Shown here: positions 11,986 through 25,800 of the stretch, piece after piece
How the letters are laid out: each line of letters begins with the position of its first letter
Numbering within the stretch: the first letter of the stretch is position 1
Source: Antedon mediterranea
Taxonomy: Eukaryota > Animalia > Echinodermata
NCBI RefSeq assembly: GCF_964355755.1
Contig: NC_092670.1
Span: forward strand, 31,422,388-31,486,387
Reading direction: 5' to 3'
Length of the DNA: 64,000 nucleotides
Program-made: the position numbers and the translations under genes
Notes under the pieces: model-generated
What the model was told of the DNA's origin: nothing
The model's input: only the letters and a program-made list of their open reading frames with translations
Database searches by the model: none

Positions 11986-14900
11986 GTAAGTTATTATCCC
12001 AGGTTATTTTTATCAGATCTTTTTATATTCTTATTTTTCTCCTCATTTTTACAAGTAGTAAAATAGACATAATGTCAACAAACTATAAGGACCAGGCAAT
12101 GATTTAGGCAGAGGATGAAGATGCCTTTTATGGGAGGTGCCATTTTATCATAATTTCAAAATTCTTATATTGATTGCAGATTTATGGAGCAAGGCCAACC
12201 CCTTCCTGCCTTGTCCCTTAATTTTGTTTCTTTTATCTGCTTACTGTATATATTTTAGTGGGAAAGATTTAAATGTCTTTTGTAGCTTTGGTTAGAATAT
12301 TCTCAATTAGTCTCACTGAGACTCTCAGCATCTCAATCGGCCCTAGACTCAAAATTCAGAAGATCATACTAAACAGGTTATTAATTGTTTTCAGCCATGA
12401 ATAATATGTCAACACAATTATTTCTAACACATTGAAAGTAACTGATATTAATATAAAAAGTATTACCACATGTTGGTGATACCGTCTGTAGCTACTGTTG
12501 TCAGCAGTGAGGTGTTACCAATGCATTTAAATAAATTAAATAGTTGTTGAATATTATTAAAACATCAAGATGGCTTTCAAAGTACTACCATGTGCCTTTA
12601 GAAGTAGAATATTGTCAATTGCCATATGGCTTGCATGTATTTTTTAAGTGTTTACTGATAGATTGGTAAAAAAATCTGTATTAATAACCTCATTAACACT
12701 TTCACCGCCAAAGACGGAAATCTCCGTCTTTCGATGCCCAGCGCCAGACCGCCAAAGACGGAAATTTCCGTCTTTGGCTTTTTATTGCACAATTTGTTAG
12801 ATCATGTATATATGGACCGCATATAGAAATTTCAACATCCAAATCGACCTGGACCGCAAATATTTTGATACTTTATTAACCCCTAGTGCCAATGACCCAG
12901 CTGGCCTACATCGCGTCCTATCCGTAAACAACATAATGTGCTTACTGCAGACGAAGCAATTGCAGAAATATTTGCCGACTCTGACTCTGAAAATGAGTAT
13001 TTATTATCCCCAGATGATGAAGGTATATTTGTACCTAAATCTGGTTTATAAAATGTAATAAATAATTGGAGATAATTTAGCTAGCCTGGCTTAAACTAGT
13101 TTGTAGAATAGGTTGAGAAACGTGACACTGACAGACGATGCAGCCAGGCTAAAAACCTCATTATCTCTGCTTTGTTCTCCGATTGAGCCTAAAGTGCTAA
13201 AAGTGAGCCAAGTTCTTTGTACAATTATGTGGTATTACAGTTTTATTTCAATAAAGTGTTTGGTACCATTGGAAAGTTTATTTCTATCTCATTATTTGAG
13301 TGTATATTGCATGATATTCTGATTACAAACACCTTTGCTATGAGCTTTGAAAAACAGGTAAATTTATCTAAAATGGCTGGCGGTGAGGGGTACTTCCTTT
13401 ATTGAATGCCTGGCGGTGAAAGTGTTAAGCTCTGTCCACACTACAGTAGCATACAGTGTTGACAATCTAGACCCTCTAATACACTACACAAAATGAGCAG
13501 TGAAATACAAACATTGAATATACTATAAATATAAATAACTCAAAACAAAAACAAAATGCGATTTAGTGTATACCTCCATGGATAAATGAAATCTTTCCTA
13601 TTATAAATATATTAGTTGACTTGTTGAAGTAGATGTACTTGTCAACACTTTTAAATTATCTATTACCTGATCACTTTAACAGCTGAGTGTGATAAGAGTA
13701 TAAGAGGTGCCAAAACAAGGCTTCATTAAGGTGTCCCATTGCCACCTCTCTACAAATTCATAGCATATATAGCAGAAATTATATAGCATATAGCAGCTAT
13801 AACTAAAAACTCAATAGCATATAGCTAATAATAGTCAGAGGTGTAGGCCTACTGTTGAAAATTTACTGTGGTCATCCTCAAATCAAATCAAGAATATCAC
13901 TCGGTCTATTAGTGGTCATAAATATTATGTTTTAGTAAAAATTGTATTGTATCAGATTTTCCTAAGGGTTTTAGCTCTTGGCTTAGTGTGTTCTGATCTA
14001 TGGAGTAATGCTTTCGTATTGTAAAAGCATGGTTACATAAAATTGTTCAGACTTGATTAATTAACATGGTCATTACAAGCTGATTTTATTAATATTTTTT
14101 ACTATTTTTTCAGACCAATGAGTTGTACTCTTGTATGATATGAAAGCATGTGTGAACAGTCACTAAAATTATTTTCTTTATTCAGGAATTGCAAGAGAAT
14201 TTTAAATACATGGCAGTTGGAGTTCCAGGAGTTAATCAGTTCCGTGGTGGCATGATAGCTCTTGATATCACTGACAATTTCTTTTCTATTACTGTGAATA
14301 TATTTAGTGAATTAACGAAAGTAGGCGTGAGTCAACAAAGTTATTCAGGTGAGCCAAAAACATGCACACTATTCTGATAATTTATAACATGAATGACATC
14401 ACAATTTGTATAAATTGCAATATTATGATACAATATTGTTGCCTTCTGGGAATGGAACTAGACAAATAGTTCATGATTTAAGTGCAAACCTGAAGAGGAG
14501 TTAAGGTTTGTTGATTGTGGCTGGAATGGAGACGTATTTTAATCATTAGCCAATATGCCACATATTCAGTTACACAGTTTGCAAAGTACTTTTAACTGTA
14601 GGCCTTTCATAGCTATGTGGGGTGTGATCGAAGAGGGGTGGAGGTTGGTGAGTCCGGGGATTATTAGATCAAGTTAATCTGAATGGTACTGAAGGTTTTA
14701 AAAAATTTGATTGCTAGGTGTAATAAACAATAATGTGTGAAATTCACGTCAATTATGCCAACAAACACTCATTGGCATGACAAATCAGACAAACTGTCTT
14801 CATTTGTGAATATTACATTTTATATCAAATGAATAAATATTGATGTTTGAAATTTATTGGCACACAAAAAATTGCAACAAAATAAACATTTATGTACAAA

Positions 14901-16865
14901 AGAAACATTTCTAGATATTGACACAATTAAGGAAATAATTGCTTATGTAATCCGAGTTAACTATGAATGTGCAATTTTCAAATTATCCATATCATTGTCG
15001 CCAAATCTCTGTATTTTACAAAATGCAGGCAGTTCCGTAATCGGAGCAATATGGAATTTGGAACATATGCTTTTCAGAAGAAATATTCAATATCTATTGT
15101 TTTCCTTCAGGCCATCATACTAAAGATAAATATAAAAGAAATACTTTATGTCCTAGCTTTGACAAAAATGCAACAATGTTACTTGGTATGGAGATGACAC
15201 ATTGAATGCTATTTTACATAAAGCTATCCCTTCAAGCCATTCTTGTTTTTTCTGTGCAAGACACCTGGCGTTTATGATCCTTGTGACTGATTTTGTATCT
15301 TTGAGTTACAAGAGTTGAAACCTACAATCTGTTTTCACAATCCTAATTACAATATATAGGTTGATTTAATAGAGGTGAATGCTATGATTAAGTGAGATGT
15401 ATTGGTAGAGTATTTGGGGTTAAATCTTTAACTGGATCTGAAAAAATGTATCTTTTTATAAACAACTATATTCTTTTTGTCAACTATCAATTCCTTATTA
15501 TGAATAGTATTTATATGATATAGTTATAAATTATTTGAAAGTCAAAATGTTCATTTCTAAAGTTTCAATTGTTTATTTATTTTTTTTTCAATAAAACATT
15601 TTAATTAAAATATCAATTCTCAATTATAAACAATAGTGTTAAATTGTATTTTATTTAATATATGAATCATTTTCCAGTTACATATTAAATTACAGCTTCC
15701 TTTAAAAAAGCACAACGATGATATATATATGTAAATTGTCCAAGAAATGTATTTATCGAATGATAATGCTGTTGATTTATATTAAAGTCAAATTAAAATG
15801 TTTGTATGCAAAAAATGATAGGATTACTGGGTTTTAAGCTCTGTTTACACTATCAAATTTTATGTGACAAAAAATGTGATGTGCCCACATATGTACACTA
15901 TGATGTCATCACTACCATATTTGGCCAAATCACACTGTTTTTGTCAAACAAGTTTGATATGCAGACAGAGCTTTATTTATTATGGTAGGTAAGAAGAGGT
16001 TTATAATTAACTACTGCAGAGTATGATCTCTCACAGTAAATAGTTATTCATCACAATTAATCCTTGTTAAAGTTATCCATCTTTTATGATTCTCCAAACA
16101 AATGATATAAATATTTTTTTAGGGTTATCTATGTCGATTGGTAAATTTAAGAATACATCAGCTGGTGAGGATCCTAACTTCTTCGTGGCTGGTGCACCAA
16201 GAAGTGAAACAAAAGGTGCTGTGACGATATTCTACATCGTAGAGCAAGTCCTAGTTGTCCACCAAGTCCTTCATGGTGAGAGTCTTACAGAATCATTTGG
16301 CTATGAAACATGTACAGTTGACCTAAATGGAGACGGGTAAGCTATTTAGTTTTCATTTTAAAATATCTACACAGTTCAAGCTCTGTCTACACTATCAAAC
16401 TTTAGTGACAAAAAACGTGTGATGTGGCCATACTGTATATGGACAATGATGAGTCATATCACAACCATACTTGGCCACATCACACTTTTTTTCTTAAACT
16501 AGTTTGATAGTGTGGACAGAGCTATAGTGAGATATTGCATCATTGATGCTCACCTTTTTATTAAAGAGATGTAACAATTTTGGTAAAATTTTACAAAATT
16601 ATTATGTTTAAAACAATATGAGGCTTTATTGATAACAACGTTTAGTTCCGAATTGTTCTCTTCATCTCTGATCATGTTCTGTTTATATAAAACAACAATT
16701 GTAATTTTGTAATATAAATTTGTATCCTGGTATAAACACTTATAAGTGAGTGAGTGAGTGAGTGGCCGAGCGGTTAAGACAGTGGAACCGTAATCACGTA
16801 GCCATAACATCGGCAGGGGTTCGAGTTCGAGGCTCACTCACTCCATGGTTCTGGTGGTAGAACGA

Positions 16866-16899
<34 letters not shown>

Positions 16900-19800
16900 A
16901 GTGTACACAACTTGCTCGTGTGCACTTTAAAGAACCTAGTACATCTTTCGAGACGAGTAGGGGTTTACCCCGGTGTATTAGTACATCACAGCCACTGATC
17001 ACCTACTGGGCCCTCTGGGAGATCAGTCTTTGACTGAAGAGGTCACCCAGTATAAAGATAAAACAAACACTATTGTTATTAGAAGGAGAGTTTGAATGTC
17101 TAACATCAAATGATAGGATAAATAAAAATTGTATTTTAATTAAAGATGTATTGTCCAAAAAAATGAAAAAATGAGGATTCATTAAAATCAGACTTTGAAT
17201 AGGTTGTTTTGTAGTTTTAATCAAGTTAATCACTTTATCTTTTTATAGTGTAAATAACAGCAAAGTATCATGATATTATTAGTTAAAGCTTTTTTCTTAT
17301 ATATTTCACATTAAATTTAGATCTGTTAACATTACAGTACAAATATATACTTTATTGTGTTTGTCTCTTAACACAACTTAAGTTATTTTGAAATCTATTC
17401 AATGCAAAATTATTGAAAAATGATGTTAAGAGGATTGTTTTGCTAAATATTTGTTGCTATTATATCTGACCTAGGATAAGGATGGTTTTTCAATTCCAAA
17501 TTATTAATATTAAAATTGAATACCGTATATTTCGGTGTATAAGTCGCACCTGTGTATAAGACGCACCCCCTATCTGAGAGTAAAATATCGGTATTTTTTA
17601 TATCGTCGATGTATAAGACGCACCTTATTTTTCATCAAAACAATGTTTTTTTAAATTGTAATCAATATTATTGTAATAATATATTTTGTTATATCTACAA
17701 CGGCGTCCTTTATTTAGGTTTTTTCATACCTAGGCTCGGCCGCGCCCAGCCTCAACAAGTTCTTTCTAACTTGTTATTCATGAGTTTCGCCGCAACATCG
17801 AGTGCATGACCGTGTGTGTAACACGTACGTGTGTGGGCTAGCCTCGCTCGATCATTTCGAGAGGGCGCACGTTTTCACGGACAATCGTATTCGATTAGTA
17901 TCTATGTATCCGAGAAGTGTATACGCTAGGTCCATGCTATAATCAAGTGGAGAATATACTAGTCGAATACCGTACACCATGTGGCCGCCAAGAAGGGCTT
18001 GCGCTAGGCTAGGGGTACGGCGGTCGTGCGTATAACTATAAATACACCATGTGGCCACCAAGAAAGGGCTTGCGCTGGGGGTACGGCGATCGTGCGTATA
18101 ACTACTGTATAAATAAATACTATTCCAATCGTACGTAAACGTTTACAAATGAAATTTTATGGGAGCGCCATAATGAACAAATCTTTTCATCATATTTAGT
18201 ATAACATCATGCTAAAATGCCTTGAACACTAGGCAGAAGCAGGTTGCCGTTACGTTAGACGTTAGTTACTGTAGCTAGGCCTAGCCTAGCAGTAGCAAAC
18301 GAGGTGACGATAGCATAGGCCTATGTACAATCTGTGTGGTGAGGCATTTATGTTCGGTGTATAAGACGCACCCTTAATTTAGAGGTCAAATTTGCGTGTC
18401 AAAAGTGCGACTTATACACCGAAATATACGGTATGAGACTTCTCTTGCTTTGAGACACTTCGGTATTTTGATGTATGTTGTTAGGGGTTTATTTGGCTGG
18501 TTATTAAATCACATATCCACCTCTCTAACGTCTAATCAATACATTGACAACATCAGTATTTCCAGGCACCATTATCGCTTGTGGGTAAATAGGCCTAATG
18601 ACAACATGAATAAATTCCCCTTTCTCATAAGAAAGTGTTTAGAATGTTAAAGTTCAAACTACCATTGCTGCCTATCATATAAAAATAATTAATGTTTATA
18701 GTTAAAGAAGAAAATATCTTCATGAGTTGAGTTTATTTAACAAAGGAGTGCTAGCTTTTGTTTAATACATTTATTCCACTGCTTACTATCCTAGGAAAAT
18801 ATACAGTACGCCGCCTACAAATTTTGAATGCAGAATAGAACAGATATAGACAGTACCCATCTACATACAATAGATCTAGCATTTAATAGAACTATGAAAT
18901 AGAACTGTTCCAGTGCATAGAACTAATAATAAATGACATGTAATATGAAGTTAACCAATCAGACAGTAATATCACTCTGGCATTATAATAATTAATATTT
19001 GTTTCAAGTTCCCTATATTTAAAAAGATATTGCTTGACATCAAAAAGAAATGTAATTGTTATTGTATACTAGCATTAACAACTGTTCTTGTTATATCAAT
19101 TTGAGCTATTCCCTAAGCTTATTATTTGATACTTCATATAACACAGCTTCAAACAATATTTAGAGAAAGGTATTTATTACAAAATATATCTGATAAGAAA
19201 TTATAAAGATTATATTAATTTGAGTAAACACAGAAGTGTTGATGTGTAACAAACCAGATGGCCTAGCTGTAAAGAGAATTGTCTGAGGATTATGGGAAAA
19301 TACATTAGCTTCATTTAACCAGGGATTAGAGAAACAGTATTAAGGATATTGCTGCTTTCTTATTATATAGTTTGCTCACTTTTCATGTAGTACTTTAGAC
19401 AAATTCATGATCTGAAGTTGAAAATAGTGTTCTAAAAATAATAATAAACCACTAAATTATAACGTATTCGGCAAGTTAAAAACATTTTATAATGAAATAA
19501 TTTACTTAAGCACGAGCCCTAACAGAGTAACTGTTCTTATTGAACTGCTAGGAATTAATTAATTACTGGTGTGAACAAACAAACAAGCCTGTTTGGTCTA
19601 TTTTGGTCCCGATGGTGTTTTATAGTACTTATTTAATGTAATCTTATTAATTACAAATATAAAACTATGAATGGTTTAAATATATTTTGATGATCATATT
19701 TGGTCATCTTTTTATGGAGGTGGGCAGCAGGGGACTGAAATATAGACAATAACGCGGCGCCAATGTACCAGACATTTGATTCATATAGCGACATGTTGTG

Positions 19801-22800
19801 AGCTGTCTGCTAAAACGTGGATAGAATACCTAAGACGATAATGGTCCCGGTAATCAATGTCTGAGGAAGCAATGTTTGGGAGTAAACTGGATTTTGTAGT
19901 TCAAATAGATGATTATATATTTAAATGTGCAATAACACTTTACTCAATGGAAATGGATAGAGGAACTCTTAGTAGGGGATCTTTTATTAAGCTATGGCTA
20001 TAAGTGGACATTTTACTAAATTGATCGAAATGCATATTAGTTGTTTTTAACAATTAGGAAATTGTATGTGACATAAAAACACCTTGCTGTAATGAGCCCA
20101 GTTTAGTTGTTTTAATTGTGATAATCATTAAAACTTAATTTCATGTTTACTTGGTTATGTGGGCATATTCTCTTATGTAAATCTGTAAATTTGTAGAATA
20201 AAACATCATTGTAGAATATTTTCTTGTGTAGGCCTAATTGGCCTAAGTGTACACCTCCCGATAAATTTAACTCTCATCAAAAACTGAGACCTAAAACAAG
20301 ACAAGACATAACAAAAATGTTTAGGCATAGTTTATACACTACATATTTTAGCTTTTTAAATTGAATTATATCCATGAGTTTATGTACATAGTACTTATTC
20401 AGTTCATGTGCCTGCCTGCTGGTAGCATGTTTTTTTGAACGACTCAATGAAAGTTTGTTAATGTTTTATGAATCAACATAAATAATTATTGACATAATAA
20501 GATTATATTTATAAGTTCATCTTATGATGTATGTCACATTTTAAACTTTGCATCTATTTGATGGGCTTCTCTTTTAATGTTATGAAAATGATATGTTTAG
20601 ATTTACTAAGCTTTGTTGAAAACTCCTAATATTCTGATGAAAGCATGGCTAAAATTCTAAAAATCACAAATCTCAAAGGCAGTAATTGAAGATGAATTAA
20701 AAGCTTTATTTAATCTGATAAAACATACAAAGAATTGAATTTCAAAGTCATGTTTATGTTGAGAGATCAAGTTTAAATACTTTGTCTATGTTTTATTTAT
20801 TTGTAGGTGATTGAAGCTACTTTGTATACATTCTACCTATTAGTCATTGTAGTTGAATTCATTATTGTCAAACTGTATCAGTGACTCCATTTCACCTAAA
20901 GTGTGGAATACATATTAGAACAAGAATTGTTTGAAGGTTTGCATGACGAAATCAAATGTTGATATAAAGTTTGCGGTACACCACGTGTATTAGTTCTGAA
21001 AAAGAACTGTTGAGTTTCTCGACGTTTCAATCAATATACTTTGATCGTCCTCAGGAGTGAGTTCAACAGAACAAGAATCTGTACCATTTTTTCGGGGCAA
21101 TATATGTTTTTAACACTAAAGTCAACTACAGACACCCCTGGGTCCCAAAAGTGTCCCATTGTTCTACTGTATTGTCTTTAGTTTATTCAATAATAATTCA
21201 TTTATTTAGGGGAGAAAACCTCGAGAATAAAGTACATTTTTGCGTAAATTCAACAATTAAAGTAAATTCATACTGGACTCCAAAAGTTAAAACAAACATT
21301 TAATCTAATGTATAGAGTCACTTGAAACAAAAAAATTTGAGAAGAACATTTTTTTTTTTTCGTAAACAAAAATCTACTAAAGTACAAATTACAAGATAAA
21401 ATGTTTACAGCTGTACCTCCTTAGTTATTATTCTAAACTTGTTTACAGCAAACAATGCTATTTTTAATGGTAGATACATTGGAGACAACATTATGTAAAC
21501 AATTCCATCATCATCACCTCTGTTGATGCATCAGTGGAATCAATCCCCCTTGTTGTCAACATGCTGCTATCTATCTGCTGAATGTGAATGAAAAAGTACA
21601 TCTGTTGGAAAAATATGTTAATTTGAACTGGTTCTCATGAACCATATTGCAGACAAACATCTGAAAATGTACAATGGTATGGTATACTATTCAGTTTACA
21701 TCAGAGGATTTAGTCTGGCAGTAAGAGGGAGTTTCACTATTTGTTTCTATTTGGTTTTTTTACGCCGCGTTTTCAGGCAGTTATTCAAGAGGATGGAAAC
21801 ATTAGGAAACTATAATACGCGGACTTATAGTTTACAAAGGCTATAACAATGGGAATTTATGAACTCGGACTAGGTATGAGCAAGAGTCTATGTGATGTAG
21901 ACAGTAGTCTATAAGTTTTTGTAAAATAACAATATTGCTTTGCTACTAAAGGATGTATAATTTATCTTTTTATTTTTAAAAGAAAGTTCTGCCTAAATTC
22001 ATCTGAAGGATTTTATGAGAAGAATTAGATAAAAAGCATGCTATCCCACAAACATTCCATTTTCAATTGTCATTTGGTTTGTGAATGACTGACTAGATTT
22101 GAGGATGTTCTGTTCCAGCTCTCTGGCTAGTCAGTTGCATTGTCCAGTCCTTACAATTGACATAAATAATGAAGGTGGGATCTTATTAAAATATTCCATA
22201 ATAATAGTATTGCACCTTGATAATTGTAAATAATAACACACCTAAAATTAAAAAGATAACAAAAGTTTTGAGATCTCATAAATCAGTTTCCTTCAATTGT
22301 GATTTGATTGCATCTTTCATTTCATACAGAAAACTAAACCAAGTGAAGGTCAGGACATCACATCACAAAAAAAATATATTTAACTTCTATATTTCAATGA
22401 TAGGGATTAATTGTAATCCCTATCATTGAAATCAATAAGAAATGTAGTGTAATAAATTATTACCACAATAGAATGTATAGAAATATATCACCTTGACTTT
22501 TCGTTCAAATTATTTCTTTTACTTAAAATGTCTAAACCTGAACTGCGAGGCTTTATTAATAATATTATTACTATTTTTTTTAGTACAGTAGTTTTTATCG
22601 TAAATAAGTGTTTACTATTTTTATGCATTAGTGTCCTCATTTATAAATTATAAAATCATCACATTGTTAATGAAAAACATTAATAAACTTAAATATTAAA
22701 TAACTTTTACACACAAATTTGCTGCTTAATATTAACTTATATTTATATCATAAATTTTTATCTCCATAATATAGAGTAACCGTAATTTATGCACATTTAT

Positions 22801-25800
22801 TATTTAGTTTGCCATATGTATTAAAAATTAGAAATATTGTAACTTTGTACTTCGTGTATTCTCAAAAGGATATTAAGTAAGATACTAAATATTTAAATAT
22901 TAAAATATGAATTTATTTATTTACTTACAGAAAATGAATATTAATGATTATGGCTTTCATTATTGAGGAATTAATATTGATGTTTTATCAGCCAAGGTGA
23001 TTTAAAACAGAATCAAGTTTAATGTATTGATATATTCTGTGTTGGGATATAACACTAGTCTTGCCATATTGGTCTAGTTATGCATTTTTTGCATTAAATT
23101 ACTATGGTTTATGTATATGTTAATCTGCTACAATTCAAAATGGTTTGGTGTTTCTGGAATATGTTGTAGTACCATATAATTGTAGGGGTAGATTTTAATT
23201 AATACACATCTCTCTATGCTGAGTTTTTTTCAGAGTAAATTCACTAGTCCATTCAAACTCGTGTTAAAGAGAATAATTGGGTATTACATTAAAGCCAATA
23301 AAGGCATTAATGTCAAGTTATAAAGTAGGTCGCCAGAAATTATCAGAAGAAGAATAAAAATTAGAGAAGTTCTATTTTATTCGCATATTTCATATTGGTT
23401 TACAATTAAACATTGTAAATTGTGTACAATGGCGATAACGTGACTGTTACTGCACCTGTACAATGGAGGAAACCATTGAATATGTGCCTCAGTAAAATAT
23501 GTGCTGTATTGGCACCCGATTCCCAGTGCTGTATCTCCACATACAATCTATTTCCGAAAGTATTAGAGGAATTATTGGTAATACAGCATCTCATTTATAT
23601 CACATGTGGTGCCTGTATCATGTAAGGTTAGGTTAAGGGTTAGGTTACTACTAGATACAGTACATGTGAAACACATGTGATGTTGTATTTCAAAATATAT
23701 TGCTATGATACTTCGGAAATAGATATAATACCAAGAATCAGCTGGAACCTGACCAATAAGCATGTAGTGTTCATCAAAGTGTAAGGAAGTCAAATTCCCC
23801 TGGTCATTCATGTTATCCTTACACCCCATACACAACACCCCCTCACTTCTTGTAGATACTTAGTTAAAAGGTCAAATCCAAGGCAATATGAGTTTTAGTC
23901 TACAGTACACTCTAGTACTGTTTGTGTTAAGATTTGAGCTGACAATGTTTTGATTAGTAAAGCGTCACATAGATCAATACAATGAGCACTTACGCAGAAA
24001 TCATTAATAAACCTTAATGAAATCGAAGAGGTGTTAAATTGAAACTGTCTAGATTAAACTTCATTAGTGCATTCCAGGTGTAGGAACTCGCGGATGAGTA
24101 GTTCCCAGTGGGACTAGCAAATATCTGTCTTGTTATAGATTTGTTCTTTTTGAAACTTCATTGAAAACGACTCAACTGCCATTGCGATTCTATCAGATGT
24201 GAAGTCATATTCGGATATTTTTTATCTTACCAATATTTTGACTAGTCTAATTAATCTTTTTGAAAGAATAATATTAATATATCAAAAAAAGCAGAATTTA
24301 GTTAGTTTATGTAAATGATAACTGTTGTTATTATTAATATTTTATGGACAATAACATTTAAACAAATAAGCATTTATTTCTTTCATTTTAAAATTAAAAT
24401 TAATACATTATTAAAAGAATATTATATTAAATCATAATGTATAAGATGGTGATTAAATTATGAATCAATTGGAAAAAAATCCAATTGAAAAACTTGTATT
24501 TTGGGAAGCTATACTAATAATAAATATATAATAAATATAACAAACACATAAACTTCCCATATAAAACATTGTTGTGTTGCTTCTATTCTTTTTAAATACA
24601 TAATATCATATCATATATATCAATAACAAATTTAAGTGCATTACAAAAGTACAACTAGTACAATACAGAGATTTTCTTTTGTTTTCACATTGTTGGTGTC
24701 TTTGTTTATTTTTATTGTAAAGAATTTAATGCCTAATTACAGACAAATGATTTATGGTTGAATTTATGAATCCCAGCCTTATTTGAAATTAAGAAAATTG
24801 AGAAATTGGTCGCCTTACTACGTTATGTAAACAATGGTATCTAGATTAATAAAAAATAATCAATTTGTTAAGTAAGACATCTCATTATAATATTTAACCA
24901 TATTTAAAGCTGATTAAATGCTTATTAAGCAATTAAGCTAGCATACACATAGTATACATAGTGCCTTAGGAAGTTACTGGTGCATGGAACAGTCCAGATT
25001 AGATGTTTTCATCAGTCTTATGTACTAACCGTAAACATTTCCAATTATTAGTGCTTACAAACTACCCTAAAACATCTATTCCTTAGACTCTTTTCTTTAC
25101 CATAGAACATTTTGAGACTCCTTTTTTTAACAAACTATATTATCTAGTTTTAATCAAACTCAAATGGTTTTTTTTTATGTAGGTCTAATGATCGTAAAAT
25201 GAAGGTTCTATTATTTTTCTTTCTAAGCCATAAAGTTTTACATGAGACAGATAGTGATATTTCTGATGGCTGTATAGCCATCATAGTGATTAAAAGTGTA
25301 TCAATTGCCAATTGTTTTATTCTGCACAGCATTTTCTATAAGCTCTTAGTACATTCTAAATTCAACCCTACCCCCACCTTGTTCCTTTCTTAATGAAATA
25401 GTGTCTGTGTATCATTTGGCAACAACTTGTTTTCATTCTAGGAAAATTTCCCATTTCTATATAGTTCATAATTTATGCTACTGAACAAAATCCACCATAT
25501 TACCATCCTGTTTTATAATGTCATACTTCTTTTTACATTAAAAATTGTAATTCATAAGAAAAACCTATCTTGTAAGATTAAGAATGAAGCTATAAAGTGA
25601 CACACAAATTTACCCTAAGTAGATATTAAGGTAGCAAAAGTACACTATTAAAAACAGATTAATAAGTAAACTGATCATGTATAATGTAAACATTTCCTTG
25701 TAACTCAATTGTATATATATGCTATAATACCATGAAAGCTCCAGTGGTCTAATGGTTAGGACCGCAAAAGGTTCCGGGTTCGAATCTCAAGGGAAACTTT

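Noticed and set aside
14114-14135. Possible microexon after ttttttcag at 14113
   Set aside because: No frame-preserving good donor, and the downstream intron would be only ~50 nt
11986-16122. X1/X2-type mutually exclusive propeller exons as in vertebrate ITGA6/7
   Set aside because: The equivalent loop lies inside one exon (14186-14348) and I saw no duplicate exon
23626-23648. GGTTA/GGGTTA telomere-like repeat
   Set aside because: Too short and degenerate
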